A stretch of DNA of 64,000 bases from a virus. The notes beneath the pieces were generated by a model. It had not been told where the DNA came from. It ran no database searches and saw only the letters and a list, made by a program, of their open reading frames with translations. Within the stretch, counting starts at the first letter, position 1. Each line of letters starts with the position of its first letter. Shown here in pieces: positions 47,956 to 56,729 of the stretch. The DNA lies in the IMG/VR virus record IMGVR_UViG_3300020183_000033, positions 1 through 64,000 of that record. One strand, given 5' to 3'. Made by a program: the position numbers and the translations under genes.

Positions 47956-48856
47956 AGATCTAAAGAACAAAAGCAATTCAAGTATCAACAACTTGATTAA
48001 CGAACTAGAAAAAACGAAGTCTTCTAGCTCTAAGTATATCGACGAACGTTATTGGTCTGTTCCGATAGACGAAAAGACTGGTAACGGTACAGCCCTGATT
48101 CGTTTCCTTCCTGTATCAAACGGCGACAAGGTTCCATGGGTAATTTTCTATTCTCACGGTTTCCAGGGTCCAGGCGGATGGTATATCGAGAATTCTCTTA
48201 CTACTATCGGTCAACCTGATCCTGTTTCTGAAATGAACTCAGAACTCTGGGCAACTGGTATCGACGCCAATAAGGAGATCGTACGCAAGCGTAAACGCAA
48301 GCAGCACTTTATCTCCAACATTCTTGTGCTTTCTGATCCAAAGAACCCACAGAATGAAGGTAAGGTTTTCCTGTTCAAGTATGGTAAGAAACTGTTCTCG
48401 AAGATTCAGGAAAAGCTGCAGCCAGAGTTTGCTGACGAACAGCCAACTGATGTGTTTGATTACTGGAAGGGTGCTAACTTCCGTCTAAAGATCAAGAAGG
48501 TTGAAGGTTATCCTAACTATGATTCTTCTATGTTCGAGGCTCCTTCGGCTCTGTTTGACGGTGACGAAGCAAAGCTAGAAAAACTTTGGAACTCTCAGTT
48601 TTCTCTTTCCGAGGAAGTCGGACCATCTAAGTTCAAGAATTACGATGAGCTAAAGACTCGTATGAATAAGGTGCTTGGTAATAAACCAGCAGCGGCTTCT
48701 CAGACAATGGCTGAAGCTGCACCGCCTTCGTTCAAGATCAAAGAAGCACCACCAGCAAAGGCTGCGACTTCTTCTGAAGAAGACTTGCCTTGGAAGGAAT
48801 CTTCTGACGACGAAGATGAAGCACTCGCTTACTTCAAGAACATGAGCGACGAGTAA
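47945..48856 (+). CDS. gp32: Single-stranded DNA-binding protein
   Basis: DERYW, IRFLP, WYIENS, NEGKVFLFKYGKK, acidic tail. Confidence 0.95.
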   Translation: MNFKDLKNKSNSSINNLINELEKTKSSSSKYIDERYWSVPIDEKTGNGTALIRFLPVSNGDKVPWVIFYSHGFQGPGGWYIENSLTTIGQPDPVSEMNSELWATGIDANKEIVRKRKRKQHFISNILVLSDPKNPQNEGKVFLFKYGKKLFSKIQEKLQPEFADEQPTDVFDYWKGANFRLKIKKVEGYPNYDSSMFEAPSALFDGDEAKLEKLWNSQFSLSEEVGPSKFKNYDELKTRMNKVLGNKPAAASQTMAEAAPPSFKIKEAPPAKAATSSEEDLPWKESSDDEDEALAYFKNMSDE

Positions 48857-48872
48857 TTAACAGGGAAAATAA

Positions 48873-49058
48873 ATGGACTACAGTTTCTTATTCGGGAAAA
48901 CTGTTCAGGAAGCGTGTCAGTATTTAAAAGATATTGGCATTCCCTTCCGCGTTTCTTCAGACAACAACATGCCGACGCTTATAACTTCTGATTATAATGT
49001 GTCTCGTGTTAACCTACAAGTAAAAAATGGTGTTGTACAAAAGATATATATAGGCTAA
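48873..49058 (+). CDS. Small protein resembling I78/potato-I protease inhibitor fold
   Basis: GKTVQEA...ITSDYNVSRVNLQV.NGVV. Confidence 0.5.
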   Translation: MDYSFLFGKTVQEACQYLKDIGIPFRVSSDNNMPTLITSDYNVSRVNLQVKNGVVQKIYIG

Positions 49059-49078
49059 AAAAATTATAAAAAGCCTTG

Positions 49079-49218
49079 CCTTTTAGAATCAATGAGTTAC
49101 AGCTAAGTCACTGATTCTAAAAGGAAATAAAGTTCTTGTGTTCTTCACGCTGCGCGCGAGGAATACTAAAAAAAAGTCAAAAAAAATTCTTTGACTTTGG
49201 GCGTTAGTACGGTATACT
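49079..49218 (+). promoter_or_regulatory. Palindromic IHF-like element and early promoter
   Basis: CCTTTTAGAATCA-N20-TGATTCTAAAAGG; TTGACT-16-TATACT. Confidence 0.75.
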
Positions 49219-49277
49219 AATAAAGTAGTAGTTGATAAGCTACTATGAGTAGTTTAATTTGATAGGAGAAAAAAATT

Positions 49278-49487
49278 ATGTCAAATCTGTCGCAGAATGA
49301 AAAGATTACTTCTGTTCTAGAAAGGGGAGGTTCGCTTACTGCTGCGCAGGCGCGTTCCCGCTTCGGCGTACGGAATCTTCGTGCTCGTATCTATGACCTC
49401 CGTGAAGAAGGTCTTGATATTCGTACCACTATGAAGGCAACTCGTACTTCTAGTAAGCCAGTCGCTTTCTATTCACTAGAAGCTTAA
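49278..49487 (+). CDS. Small winged-helix DNA-binding protein
   Basis: LTAAQARSRFGVRNLRARIYDLREEG. Confidence 0.8.
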   Translation: MSNLSQNEKITSVLERGGSLTAAQARSRFGVRNLRARIYDLREEGLDIRTTMKATRTSSKPVAFYSLEA

Positions 49488-49550
49488 CTTTGTTCATACC
49501 ATGAAGCCCGAGAGCACCCAAGTGCTCTTGGGCCACCTTTTTGAGGTAAT

Positions 49551-49823
49551 ATGTTTTCTTATAATGAAGATAAACAGTTAGAAAAAATCAAGAAGTATAT
49601 TGAGACAACCTATGGTCAACATTATGTCTCGACTGTAGACGGCAAACCTGTGCAGGTTCAAGATCTCTTAATTGCATCAGGCCATGCTGAATCGTTTTAT
49701 GTTGGTAATGCAGCGAAGTATTTACTTCGATATGGTAAAAAGGAAGGTCAGAACGAGAAAGATCTGTTAAAGGCAGCGCATTATATTACGTTGCTCTTAA
49801 ACTTAAATCATCCCGTGAAGTGA
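49551..49823 (+). CDS. DUF3310-like protein
   Basis: TYGQHY, GNAAKYLLRYGKK, DLLKAAHY. Confidence 0.75.
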   Translation: MFSYNEDKQLEKIKKYIETTYGQHYVSTVDGKPVQVQDLLIASGHAESFYVGNAAKYLLRYGKKEGQNEKDLLKAAHYITLLLNLNHPVK

Positions 49824-49824
49824 T

Positions 49825-50154
49825 ATGCAAAAATTTAATGGCCCTGTTGAATTTAGAAATCATATTGTTCTTTCTTTAATGAAGGGTCCGTGTTATGCAA
49901 TCTTTCAGAAGAAAGATGGAACAGTAAGACACATGGTGTGTACCTTACATAACCAGTTGATTCCTCAGAACACAGAAGAAGATCCAACTGTAAGTAAGAC
50001 TTATAAACAAAGATCAGATAAAAGCATTTCCGTTTATGATCTTGAGAAGTGTCAATGGCGTTCTTTTGTTGTTGAAAATATAAAGTTTTTCAAAGAACTA
50101 AATAAATTTGACGAAACAACTAAGAGTACCTTAAAGGAGAAATATAATGTTTAA
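49825..50154 (+). CDS. SH3-like (WYL_2-type) phage protein
   Basis: FQKKDGTVRHMVCT...VYDLEKCQWRSF. Confidence 0.75.
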   Translation: MQKFNGPVEFRNHIVLSLMKGPCYAIFQKKDGTVRHMVCTLHNQLIPQNTEEDPTVSKTYKQRSDKSISVYDLEKCQWRSFVVENIKFFKELNKFDETTKSTLKEKYNV

Positions 50155-50548
50155 ACTAATTGTTGTATTCTTGATTTTTTCTGCTATTTCTTTTGGTCAA
50201 ACTTATTGGCCTTCTGGTTCTGAACATTTATATTACAGAAATTATTATTATAATAATTTCTATAGAAACTATTATCGGAACCTAAATTATCGTTATTACA
50301 ACAACTTGCCTGGGATCTCAGGAGCAGCTACTACTGCTATTGGCATTGGCGCTGGTTTGGCTGGTTATATTATCGGTTCTAAAACTGCACCGAAGAAACA
50401 AGATGCACCAGTTTATCAACAAGATGCATCGGTTTATCAAAATATCGAATGCAAAGAATTTCCAGTAAAGGTTAAGGTCGAAGGAAAAGAAGTTGACGCC
50501 AAGATTCAAAAGTGCCGTGTCGGTGATGGACCTTGGCAGATTCCTTAA
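50147..50548 (+). CDS. Exported/membrane protein, Tyr/Asn-rich
   Basis: Signal peptide, YYRNYYYNNFYRNYY tract, Gly-zipper-like helix. Confidence 0.6.
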   Translation: MFKLIVVFLIFSAISFGQTYWPSGSEHLYYRNYYYNNFYRNYYRNLNYRYYNNLPGISGAATTAIGIGAGLAGYIIGSKTAPKKQDAPVYQQDASVYQNIECKEFPVKVKVEGKEVDAKIQKCRVGDGPWQIP

Positions 50549-50581
50549 ATCTAAAAGAAAGCGAATTTAAACGAGAACAGT

Positions 50582-50857
50582 ATGGTTCTAAATTCTGAAA
50601 ATTTCACCAGCGAGACTTCTTCAGGAGAATCGCTGGTTGTTTTTTCTTCCTCCAACTCTGCGAAATTAGCACCAGTTCTCGCCAAACTTTCTTTCCATCC
50701 CAGAGTCTTTACTCTTGATATTGAGACAAATCGAGATTTGGCGGCTAACTACAATATCAGAATTACACCGATTGTATATCATTTTAAAGAAGGCAACATT
50801 ATAAATACCTATAAGATCAACCAACTAGAAGAACTCATATGTACACTAAAATATTAG
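50582..50857 (+). CDS. Thioredoxin-fold protein lacking CxxC
   Basis: LNSENF, LAP.L, LA..YNI...P...FKEG. Confidence 0.6.
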   Translation: MVLNSENFTSETSSGESLVVFSSSNSAKLAPVLAKLSFHPRVFTLDIETNRDLAANYNIRITPIVYHFKEGNIINTYKINQLEELICTLKY

Positions 50858-51549
50858 AAGGCGTAAAGGTAATATGCCTCTGTGCTTTTGTTTGGATTAT
50901 TTATGACATTTCTTTAACTGTTAAACATACCAGTCAAGAATTAGTTTTAATCGCCAAGGAAACAAAAAACGAAACCCTCCAAGAAGTAACTTCTATCCGA
51001 AAAGATACCTTTTCTTTTCTTGATAGAACAACAAACAAAATAGAAAACAGGTTATCTTCCGTAGAAGCAAAAACGTTTAATCGCTTAGACTCTATAGAAG
51101 ATAACCTTTTCGCAGAAGTTCGTCTCGCGCGCAAGGACTTAAATTCTCAGTTAACTGTCACTAATAATACAGTCAAGAACCTCGCGGAAGAATATTCTAC
51201 CTTACCAAAGGAGATAAGGTTAATCGCTTCTAGATTAGAAGAACAAACTAATTGCGAGATAAACGAATTGTGCTGGCAAAATATGACAACTGATTTATTG
51301 ATCGACACAAGAAACGTTGTCAGAGATGGTTCCAAAACTTTCAGAATAATAAATAATTCTGTACCGAAGTTGGTAGAAGATTCAACAAAAGTTTCTTCTG
51401 CCGTTGCAACTAACCTTCCTATTGTGACCAAAAATGTCGCTGAGACTTCTGATCACATTAGGAGAATTACTAAACCGAGATGGTATGACAAGTTCATTAC
51501 CTATGGCCTGAGCGGTGCCTTATTATACGTGACCGCTTCAAAACCTTAA
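50839..51549 (+). CDS. Membrane-anchored coiled-coil protein (possible lysis accessory)
   Basis: N-terminal TM, coiled coil, hydrophobic C-terminus; late promoter at 50800. Confidence 0.55.
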   Translation: MYTKILEGVKVICLCAFVWIIYDISLTVKHTSQELVLIAKETKNETLQEVTSIRKDTFSFLDRTTNKIENRLSSVEAKTFNRLDSIEDNLFAEVRLARKDLNSQLTVTNNTVKNLAEEYSTLPKEIRLIASRLEEQTNCEINELCWQNMTTDLLIDTRNVVRDGSKTFRIINNSVPKLVEDSTKVSSAVATNLPIVTKNVAETSDHIRRITKPRWYDKFITYGLSGALLYVTASKP

Positions 51550-51558
51550 GGAGACATC

Positions 51559-51903
51559 ATGAAAATAATCGATTTTTTCAAGAAGTTATTTAGTTCTTAT
51601 ACAAGCAAGAAGATCGGTTCCGTTCTATCTATTCTAGATAAGGTCGGTCCTCTTGTGGAGAAGGCATATCCTATTGTTAAGCGCATTGCAGAACTCACGC
51701 CTAACAAGACAGATGATCAGATTCTAGCAGTATACAAACAATACGGTGTGGAAAATTACTTCAAAACAGGAGCAGATCGAGCAATTCTTCTGCGCGATCT
51801 AGCAAAGGTTGTTCTTATTCAAGTAGAAAATATTAACCCTGTTGCCGAATACATTTTAAACCTAGCTGTCGAATTGGCTTACGCTAAATTTAAAGAAAAG
51901 TAG
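51559..51903 (+). CDS. Hypothetical protein
   Basis: AAGGAG RBS. Confidence 0.65.
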   Translation: MKIIDFFKKLFSSYTSKKIGSVLSILDKVGPLVEKAYPIVKRIAELTPNKTDDQILAVYKQYGVENYFKTGADRAILLRDLAKVVLIQVENINPVAEYILNLAVELAYAKFKEK

Positions 51904-51910
51904 ATAATCC

Positions 51911-52189
51911 GTGGAACAAAACTTAAAAACATTTTGCAATAGTAAGTGGGAGATCTTCGTTAGAAGTATAGCGAGTGAAGGTGGCAATATTATTGTTTTG
52001 TTGTTTTTGATTCTTGTTCTTGGAATTTTTGTTTTATTGAAATTTGATGGTGCCACTGAGCAGCTGTACTTTGTACTCGGTGCATTAGTTGGTGTATTAA
52101 AAGGAAGGATAGCCTCTAATCCTAATCAAATAGATATTAAAACAGAAAAAACTATTTCTTTACTTGAGGATAATTCTAAGGTAGAATAG
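51911..52189 (+). CDS. Two-TM small membrane protein (holin-like)
   Basis: Two hydrophobic helices, charged C-terminus. Confidence 0.5.
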   Translation: MEQNLKTFCNSKWEIFVRSIASEGGNIIVLLFLILVLGIFVLLKFDGATEQLYFVLGALVGVLKGRIASNPNQIDIKTEKTISLLEDNSKVE

Positions 52190-52214
52190 TTATATAAGAG
52201 AAGGTTATTACTTG

Positions 52215-52413
52215 ATGATAAATTTGAAATATTACAAGCTGAATTTAGAAGTGCGCGATCCTTTTTTCGCAACTTCTAATTCAGCTTGTTTTGATTTATG
52301 CGTACATCTTACCGAATACACTCCCGTAAAAGTTTATGATGCAAAAAGTAGTTAGTGATAAACCAACAACAAAGACTGATTATATCGGCGGCTTCGGTTT
52401 AACAGGGAAGTGA
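52215..52413 (+). pseudogene. dut: dUTPase remnant with internal deletion
   Basis: ATSNSACFDL (motif I) stops early; another frame encodes KTDYIGGFGLTGK (motif V); motifs II-IV absent. Confidence 0.7.
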
Positions 52414-52416
52414 TAC

Positions 52417-52830
52417 ATGACAGAAAAGCAGCGGTTTGAATCTTTTAAGAAATGGGTAATAGAAGACGATATCACCGTAGAAGTTGATTCAACTTATTAC
52501 GAGTTCGCCAAGACTCCCGTAGAAGACAGAATCATCAATGGTCAAGCTGGTTCTGATGGATATATTATTTTGTACAAAGATTCAAAAGAAAAAAATTATA
52601 ATATGTTGACCTCTCTTCTTATTCACGAATACGGACATGTCGTTGAGTGGAGGGATAAAGGTAGAGATAACCATAGTGAAAAACAAGCGTGGAAAACTGG
52701 TATTGAAAATGTACCAGAAGAATATTGGCCTCCCACGCTAAAAGAAGATTGCAAACTTTGCCTTGGTTCTTATGGATACAAGAGGTTTAATTGGTTAGAT
52801 AGGCTCGTGACACCTTTGGCGACGTCTTAA
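52417..52830 (+). CDS. HExxH metallopeptidase-like protein
   Basis: LIHEYGH...E..AW. Confidence 0.7.
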   Translation: MTEKQRFESFKKWVIEDDITVEVDSTYYEFAKTPVEDRIINGQAGSDGYIILYKDSKEKNYNMLTSLLIHEYGHVVEWRDKGRDNHSEKQAWKTGIENVPEEYWPPTLKEDCKLCLGSYGYKRFNWLDRLVTPLATS

Positions 52831-52897
52831 ATTCCCTAAATAGTATTATGGTCCTGAATGATGTATTTGAGAATTGCTAATACTCAAGGAGAATTAA

Positions 52898-53989
52898 ATG
52901 CCTACTCACGGTAATAAAGATATTGTAACTTTTGCAAGTAAATACGATATCACCACAGGCGGAGTAATCACCCGTCAAACTGGCACGGATAGCTTTTTCA
53001 CAAAGGCAACTCTGGCTGGAGACTCAATTAATTACGCTGGTCAAGAATATGTAATCAAGTCAGTTGACTCAGCAACACAAGTAACTGTTCGCCTCGCAGA
53101 ATTCGGCGGCACAATTACTGGTGCAACAGGTGCTACTGTTTTCGTTCAGCAGAAACCAAAGCACGTAAAGTTTATCACAGATCCATCTTCAATCACTGGT
53201 CGTAAAGACGTTTACGGTGTTTCAACTGGAGCGACTGGCACTTTCTCACCAACAGAACAACAAGTATCTAGAACCTACAACAATCACCCACAACACGCTG
53301 GTTGGGTAAGAAACATCAATGGTTATGGCGGAATTGATTCTGTTGCAATCACAAATAGTGGTTCTGGTTATCGCGGAGTTGCTCCAACTGTTTCTTTCTC
53401 TACAACAAGAGGCGCAACAGGTGTTCTAGCAGCTTCTGGTACAGCTGTATTGTCTAACAACAACTCAGTATCAAGCGTAACCTTTAGCAGCAACGGATTG
53501 TATACAACAAGCCCAGCAGATTGGGTTGGTGGTGCAACTGGTCTGGTAAATCCAGTATCAGTTTCATTTACTGCTCCTGCAAATCTTGTTTATAACAATT
53601 CTACTAATGTTAACACTACTTCTAAGACAATCACATTCTCGACACCAACCTTTCTACAGAACGGCGATCCAGTAGTTTATGGTGGCGCTTCTGGCGCAAC
53701 TGGTGTGACTGGTCTAACAGTAGGAACAACTTACTTCGTAAGATCCACTGGCGCAACTGGTATTCAGTTGTTTACAACTGCTATTGGTGCACAAACTGGC
53801 GCAACTGCTGCTCTAGTTGCTATTACATCTGACGGTGCACCTGGTTTCGGTGTGTTTCTCCAAGGTGTAACTGCTACAGGTTCGCCTTTGATGGGTGGTC
53901 GCTTCGGACGTCAGTTAAACGAAACCTTGGTAGCGTTCAAGAACATTACCAATGATGCTGCTGACGACGCTGCTTTCCCTGATACCTAA
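52898..53989 (+). CDS. Putative virion structural protein, Gly/Thr-rich, six GATG motifs
   Basis: HAGWV, ITNSGSGY...PTVSF, LQNGDPVVY, ETLVA motifs seen in T4-like structural proteins. Confidence 0.7.
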   Translation: MPTHGNKDIVTFASKYDITTGGVITRQTGTDSFFTKATLAGDSINYAGQEYVIKSVDSATQVTVRLAEFGGTITGATGATVFVQQKPKHVKFITDPSSITGRKDVYGVSTGATGTFSPTEQQVSRTYNNHPQHAGWVRNINGYGGIDSVAITNSGSGYRGVAPTVSFSTTRGATGVLAASGTAVLSNNNSVSSVTFSSNGLYTTSPADWVGGATGLVNPVSVSFTAPANLVYNNSTNVNTTSKTITFSTPTFLQNGDPVVYGGASGATGVTGLTVGTTYFVRSTGATGIQLFTTAIGAQTGATAALVAITSDGAPGFGVFLQGVTATGSPLMGGRFGRQLNETLVAFKNITNDAADDAAFPDT

Positions 53990-53997
53990 TTTAAAAC

Positions 53998-54025
53998 AGA
54001 GGGACTCTTCGGAGTCCCTCTTTAA
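53998..54025 (+). terminator. Intrinsic terminator
   Basis: AGAGGGACTC-TTCG-GAGTCCCTCT. Confidence 0.85.
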
Positions 54026-54031
54026 TTTATT

Positions 54032-54802
54032 TTGAAACGGAATGGAACCTTGAGAATCAAATCCCTATGGATGTCCGACCTGCATTTAGGAGCAAAAGCC
54101 TGTAACGCAGATTTGATAATAAACGTCTTAAAACATTTCGATATGGATTACATCATACTAAACGGAGATGTAATCGACTTTTGGCAATTGTCTATTTCAA
54201 GTAATTGGTCCGACAAGCACACCGAAGTTATTAGGGCCTTGTTTAAAAAGGCGAAACAAGGTGTGAAAATAATAATCACCATTGGAAACCACGACGAAGT
54301 ATTAAGAGAATACGCTCCACTTCATTTCGGAAGTACAATAACAATAACAGATCGATACACCTATAAATCTATCTCACACGGCGAGATACTTTTTGTTCAC
54401 GGAGACATATTCGACTTCGTTATCAGATCTCATAAATGGTTGGCTAGAATAGGATCTGTTTTATATGACGGTTTAGTTTACGTCAATCACTACTACAATA
54501 AATTAAGAAAAATGTTCGGACTTGATTATTGGTCGTTATCTAAGTATCTAAAAGAACAGACCAAGAAAAAAATTGGAATACTATCAAAGTTCGATAGTTT
54601 CGTTGTAGATTATGCAAAGAAAAAGGGTTTTGCAACTGTTTCCGCAGGTCATATTCACATACCAGAATACAAGACAATAGATGATATCCTGTATATCAAC
54701 ACAGGGGATATGTGCGAGACAGGTTCTTTTGTTATAGAACATATGAGTGGAAAAATTAATTTAGTGAAAAATTTCAATAAATTTGTGAAAAGACACGAAT
54801 AG
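54032..54802 (+). CDS. LpxH-like metallophosphoesterase (UDP-2,3-diacylglucosamine hydrolase family)
   Basis: SDLHLG, GDVID, GNHD, HGD.FD, GHIH, NTGD. Confidence 0.8.
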   Translation: MKRNGTLRIKSLWMSDLHLGAKACNADLIINVLKHFDMDYIILNGDVIDFWQLSISSNWSDKHTEVIRALFKKAKQGVKIIITIGNHDEVLREYAPLHFGSTITITDRYTYKSISHGEILFVHGDIFDFVIRSHKWLARIGSVLYDGLVYVNHYYNKLRKMFGLDYWSLSKYLKEQTKKKIGILSKFDSFVVDYAKKKGFATVSAGHIHIPEYKTIDDILYINTGDMCETGSFVIEHMSGKINLVKNFNKFVKRHE

Positions 54803-54874
54803 TTATATAATAAATATAGGTGAAGATGCCTTCGGGGTCTTCTACTTAAATCTCGCTTAAATGGAGAAAATAAA

Positions 54875-55387
54875 ATGACTGCAACAAAGACATACACACT
54901 TACTTCTGGTTCGAATACCGCTGTTGGTAATACGACTGGAACATACCTCTCAGGTGGAAGTTCAACGGATTGGGATACAAACATCTGGAATTACTTCCCG
55001 ATTTATTCAAACCAACTGGCTGCTTATTGGAATGAGCAAGCCAAGACTTCTGGCACCTTTCCTCCTTACAATCTATTAAAGAACAGTGACAATTCAGAAT
55101 TCGTTCTTTCTTTAGCAGTAGCTGGTTTCTCACCTGATGAATTAGATGTTACCGTAAAGGATAGCAAATTGATCATCACTGGTAATGTAGAATCCAAGGA
55201 TTTACCTGAAGGTTTTAGTTATGCTCATAAGGGTATTGCCGAACGTTCCTTCACTAAAGCGTTTACTCTTCACGAGTACGTCGAGGTAAAGGAAGTGACC
55301 TTTAAGAACGGAATGCTAGAAGTTAAGTTACAACTAGTGCTTCCTGAAAACAAAAGGCCAAAGAAGTTCCAAATCACTTCTAAATAA
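54875..55387 (+). CDS. Small heat shock protein Hsp20
   Basis: FPPYNL, AVAGF, HKGIAERSF, NGML. Confidence 0.92.
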   Translation: MTATKTYTLTSGSNTAVGNTTGTYLSGGSSTDWDTNIWNYFPIYSNQLAAYWNEQAKTSGTFPPYNLLKNSDNSEFVLSLAVAGFSPDELDVTVKDSKLIITGNVESKDLPEGFSYAHKGIAERSFTKAFTLHEYVEVKEVTFKNGMLEVKLQLVLPENKRPKKFQITSK

Positions 55388-55397
55388 TCATATGTGA

Positions 55398-55428
55398 ATC
55401 GAGGGAGGTTCTTCCTCCCTCGAATTTT
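55398..55428 (+). terminator. Intrinsic terminator
   Basis: TCGAGGGAGG-TTCTT-CCTCCCTCGA. Confidence 0.75.
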
Positions 55429-55443
55429 TAAAAAGGACAAATT

Positions 55444-56082
55444 ATGATCAAAGACAAAATTGAAGAAGTGCTGTATGATATCAAAGACGCGTACAGGAAT
55501 ATCAAATACTTCTTCCGATATCGTTTCACCGATAAGTATCACATTGTAGATACCAAACTCAAACCAGGTTATTATGACATTGATATGAGAATGCTACATG
55601 CAAATTTCTCGCTGCTTGTAGATTATGTGGAAGTTGAACTTGCTCACCTTCATACTTGTTGCGTCCAAGATGAATATGAAAAGTTGACATGGTGGCAGAA
55701 AAAGTTCGGAGTTCGTTCTGCTGATCTTGGATTGCGTTATTTGGATTTTAAACTAGACAAGAATGATGACCACTACTCTAGATCAAAAGCTAAAGAATGC
55801 AAACTCATTAAGGATCTGTATCACTGGTGGACTGTAACTCGTCCTAGCAGAAAAGATGCGTATGAAAAATATTACGAATTATCAAAACGAGTCGATATGA
55901 AAACTCTCCGAACTGATTATTTTTTAGATACTCAGAAAGTAGAAGACGCAGAACAAAGTTCTATTTTAAATGAGTTAAGAGAAACTCTGGATCATTGTCA
56001 TGAGATCGACCAACAATACGAAAAGGAAGACGAGAAGAATCTGATAGCTTTAATCAAAATCAGAGGATCTCTCTGGACATAG
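55444..56082 (+). CDS. Hypothetical phage protein
   Basis: PGYYDID.RMLHANF, LYHWW, LIKIRGSLWT. Confidence 0.7.
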   Translation: MIKDKIEEVLYDIKDAYRNIKYFFRYRFTDKYHIVDTKLKPGYYDIDMRMLHANFSLLVDYVEVELAHLHTCCVQDEYEKLTWWQKKFGVRSADLGLRYLDFKLDKNDDHYSRSKAKECKLIKDLYHWWTVTRPSRKDAYEKYYELSKRVDMKTLRTDYFLDTQKVEDAEQSSILNELRETLDHCHEIDQQYEKEDEKNLIALIKIRGSLWT

Positions 56083-56084
56083 AT

Positions 56085-56702
56085 ATGGATAACAAATTAC
56101 AACCCATCCTGGACGCATTTGTTGCTTGTGGAATAACTGATAAGTTTCTTCAAAAGGCAATCATTGCCAACATGAAGAAAGAATGCGGTCTGGTTCCAAA
56201 AGAAGAAAACCTCAATTACTCAAAGACTGGCAACCCAAGGATTCGTTCTATCTTTGGTTCAAGAGTAGCTAGTCTAACAGATGAAGAATTAAACGCAGCA
56301 AAGGCAAATCCAGAAGTATTCGCTGAGTTGATCTATGGTTCTGGTAATTCTATTGGTAAGTCCATGGGCAACACCGAACCTGGTGATGGTTGGAAGTATC
56401 GTGGTCGCGGATATATTCAGCTAACAGGAAAGAACAATTACAAATACTTTGGTGACCTATCTGGGTTTGATATCGTTGAGAACCCAGACTGGCTCGTAAA
56501 CAATCCTTCTTTGTCTGCTATGGTTTCTGTAAATTTTGTCAAGTACGGCCTAAAGAACAATCTTACATTTACAGATCAAAAGTCAGCGAACAAAGCAGTT
56601 ACACAAATAATTGGTGGCAGAGGTTTAAATCTAAACACAGGTTATGGTGCTGAATTGTTGGCCAAAGTAAATCAATATTCAGAAGAAATAATTCTAGCTT
56701 AA
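56085..56702 (+). CDS. GH19-family endolysin
   Basis: EENLNYS, GNTEPGDGWKYRGRGYIQLTGKNNY. Confidence 0.9.
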   Translation: MDNKLQPILDAFVACGITDKFLQKAIIANMKKECGLVPKEENLNYSKTGNPRIRSIFGSRVASLTDEELNAAKANPEVFAELIYGSGNSIGKSMGNTEPGDGWKYRGRGYIQLTGKNNYKYFGDLSGFDIVENPDWLVNNPSLSAMVSVNFVKYGLKNNLTFTDQKSANKAVTQIIGGRGLNLNTGYGAELLAKVNQYSEEIILA

Positions 56703-56729
56703 CAATCAACTTCATACTATAATATAATA

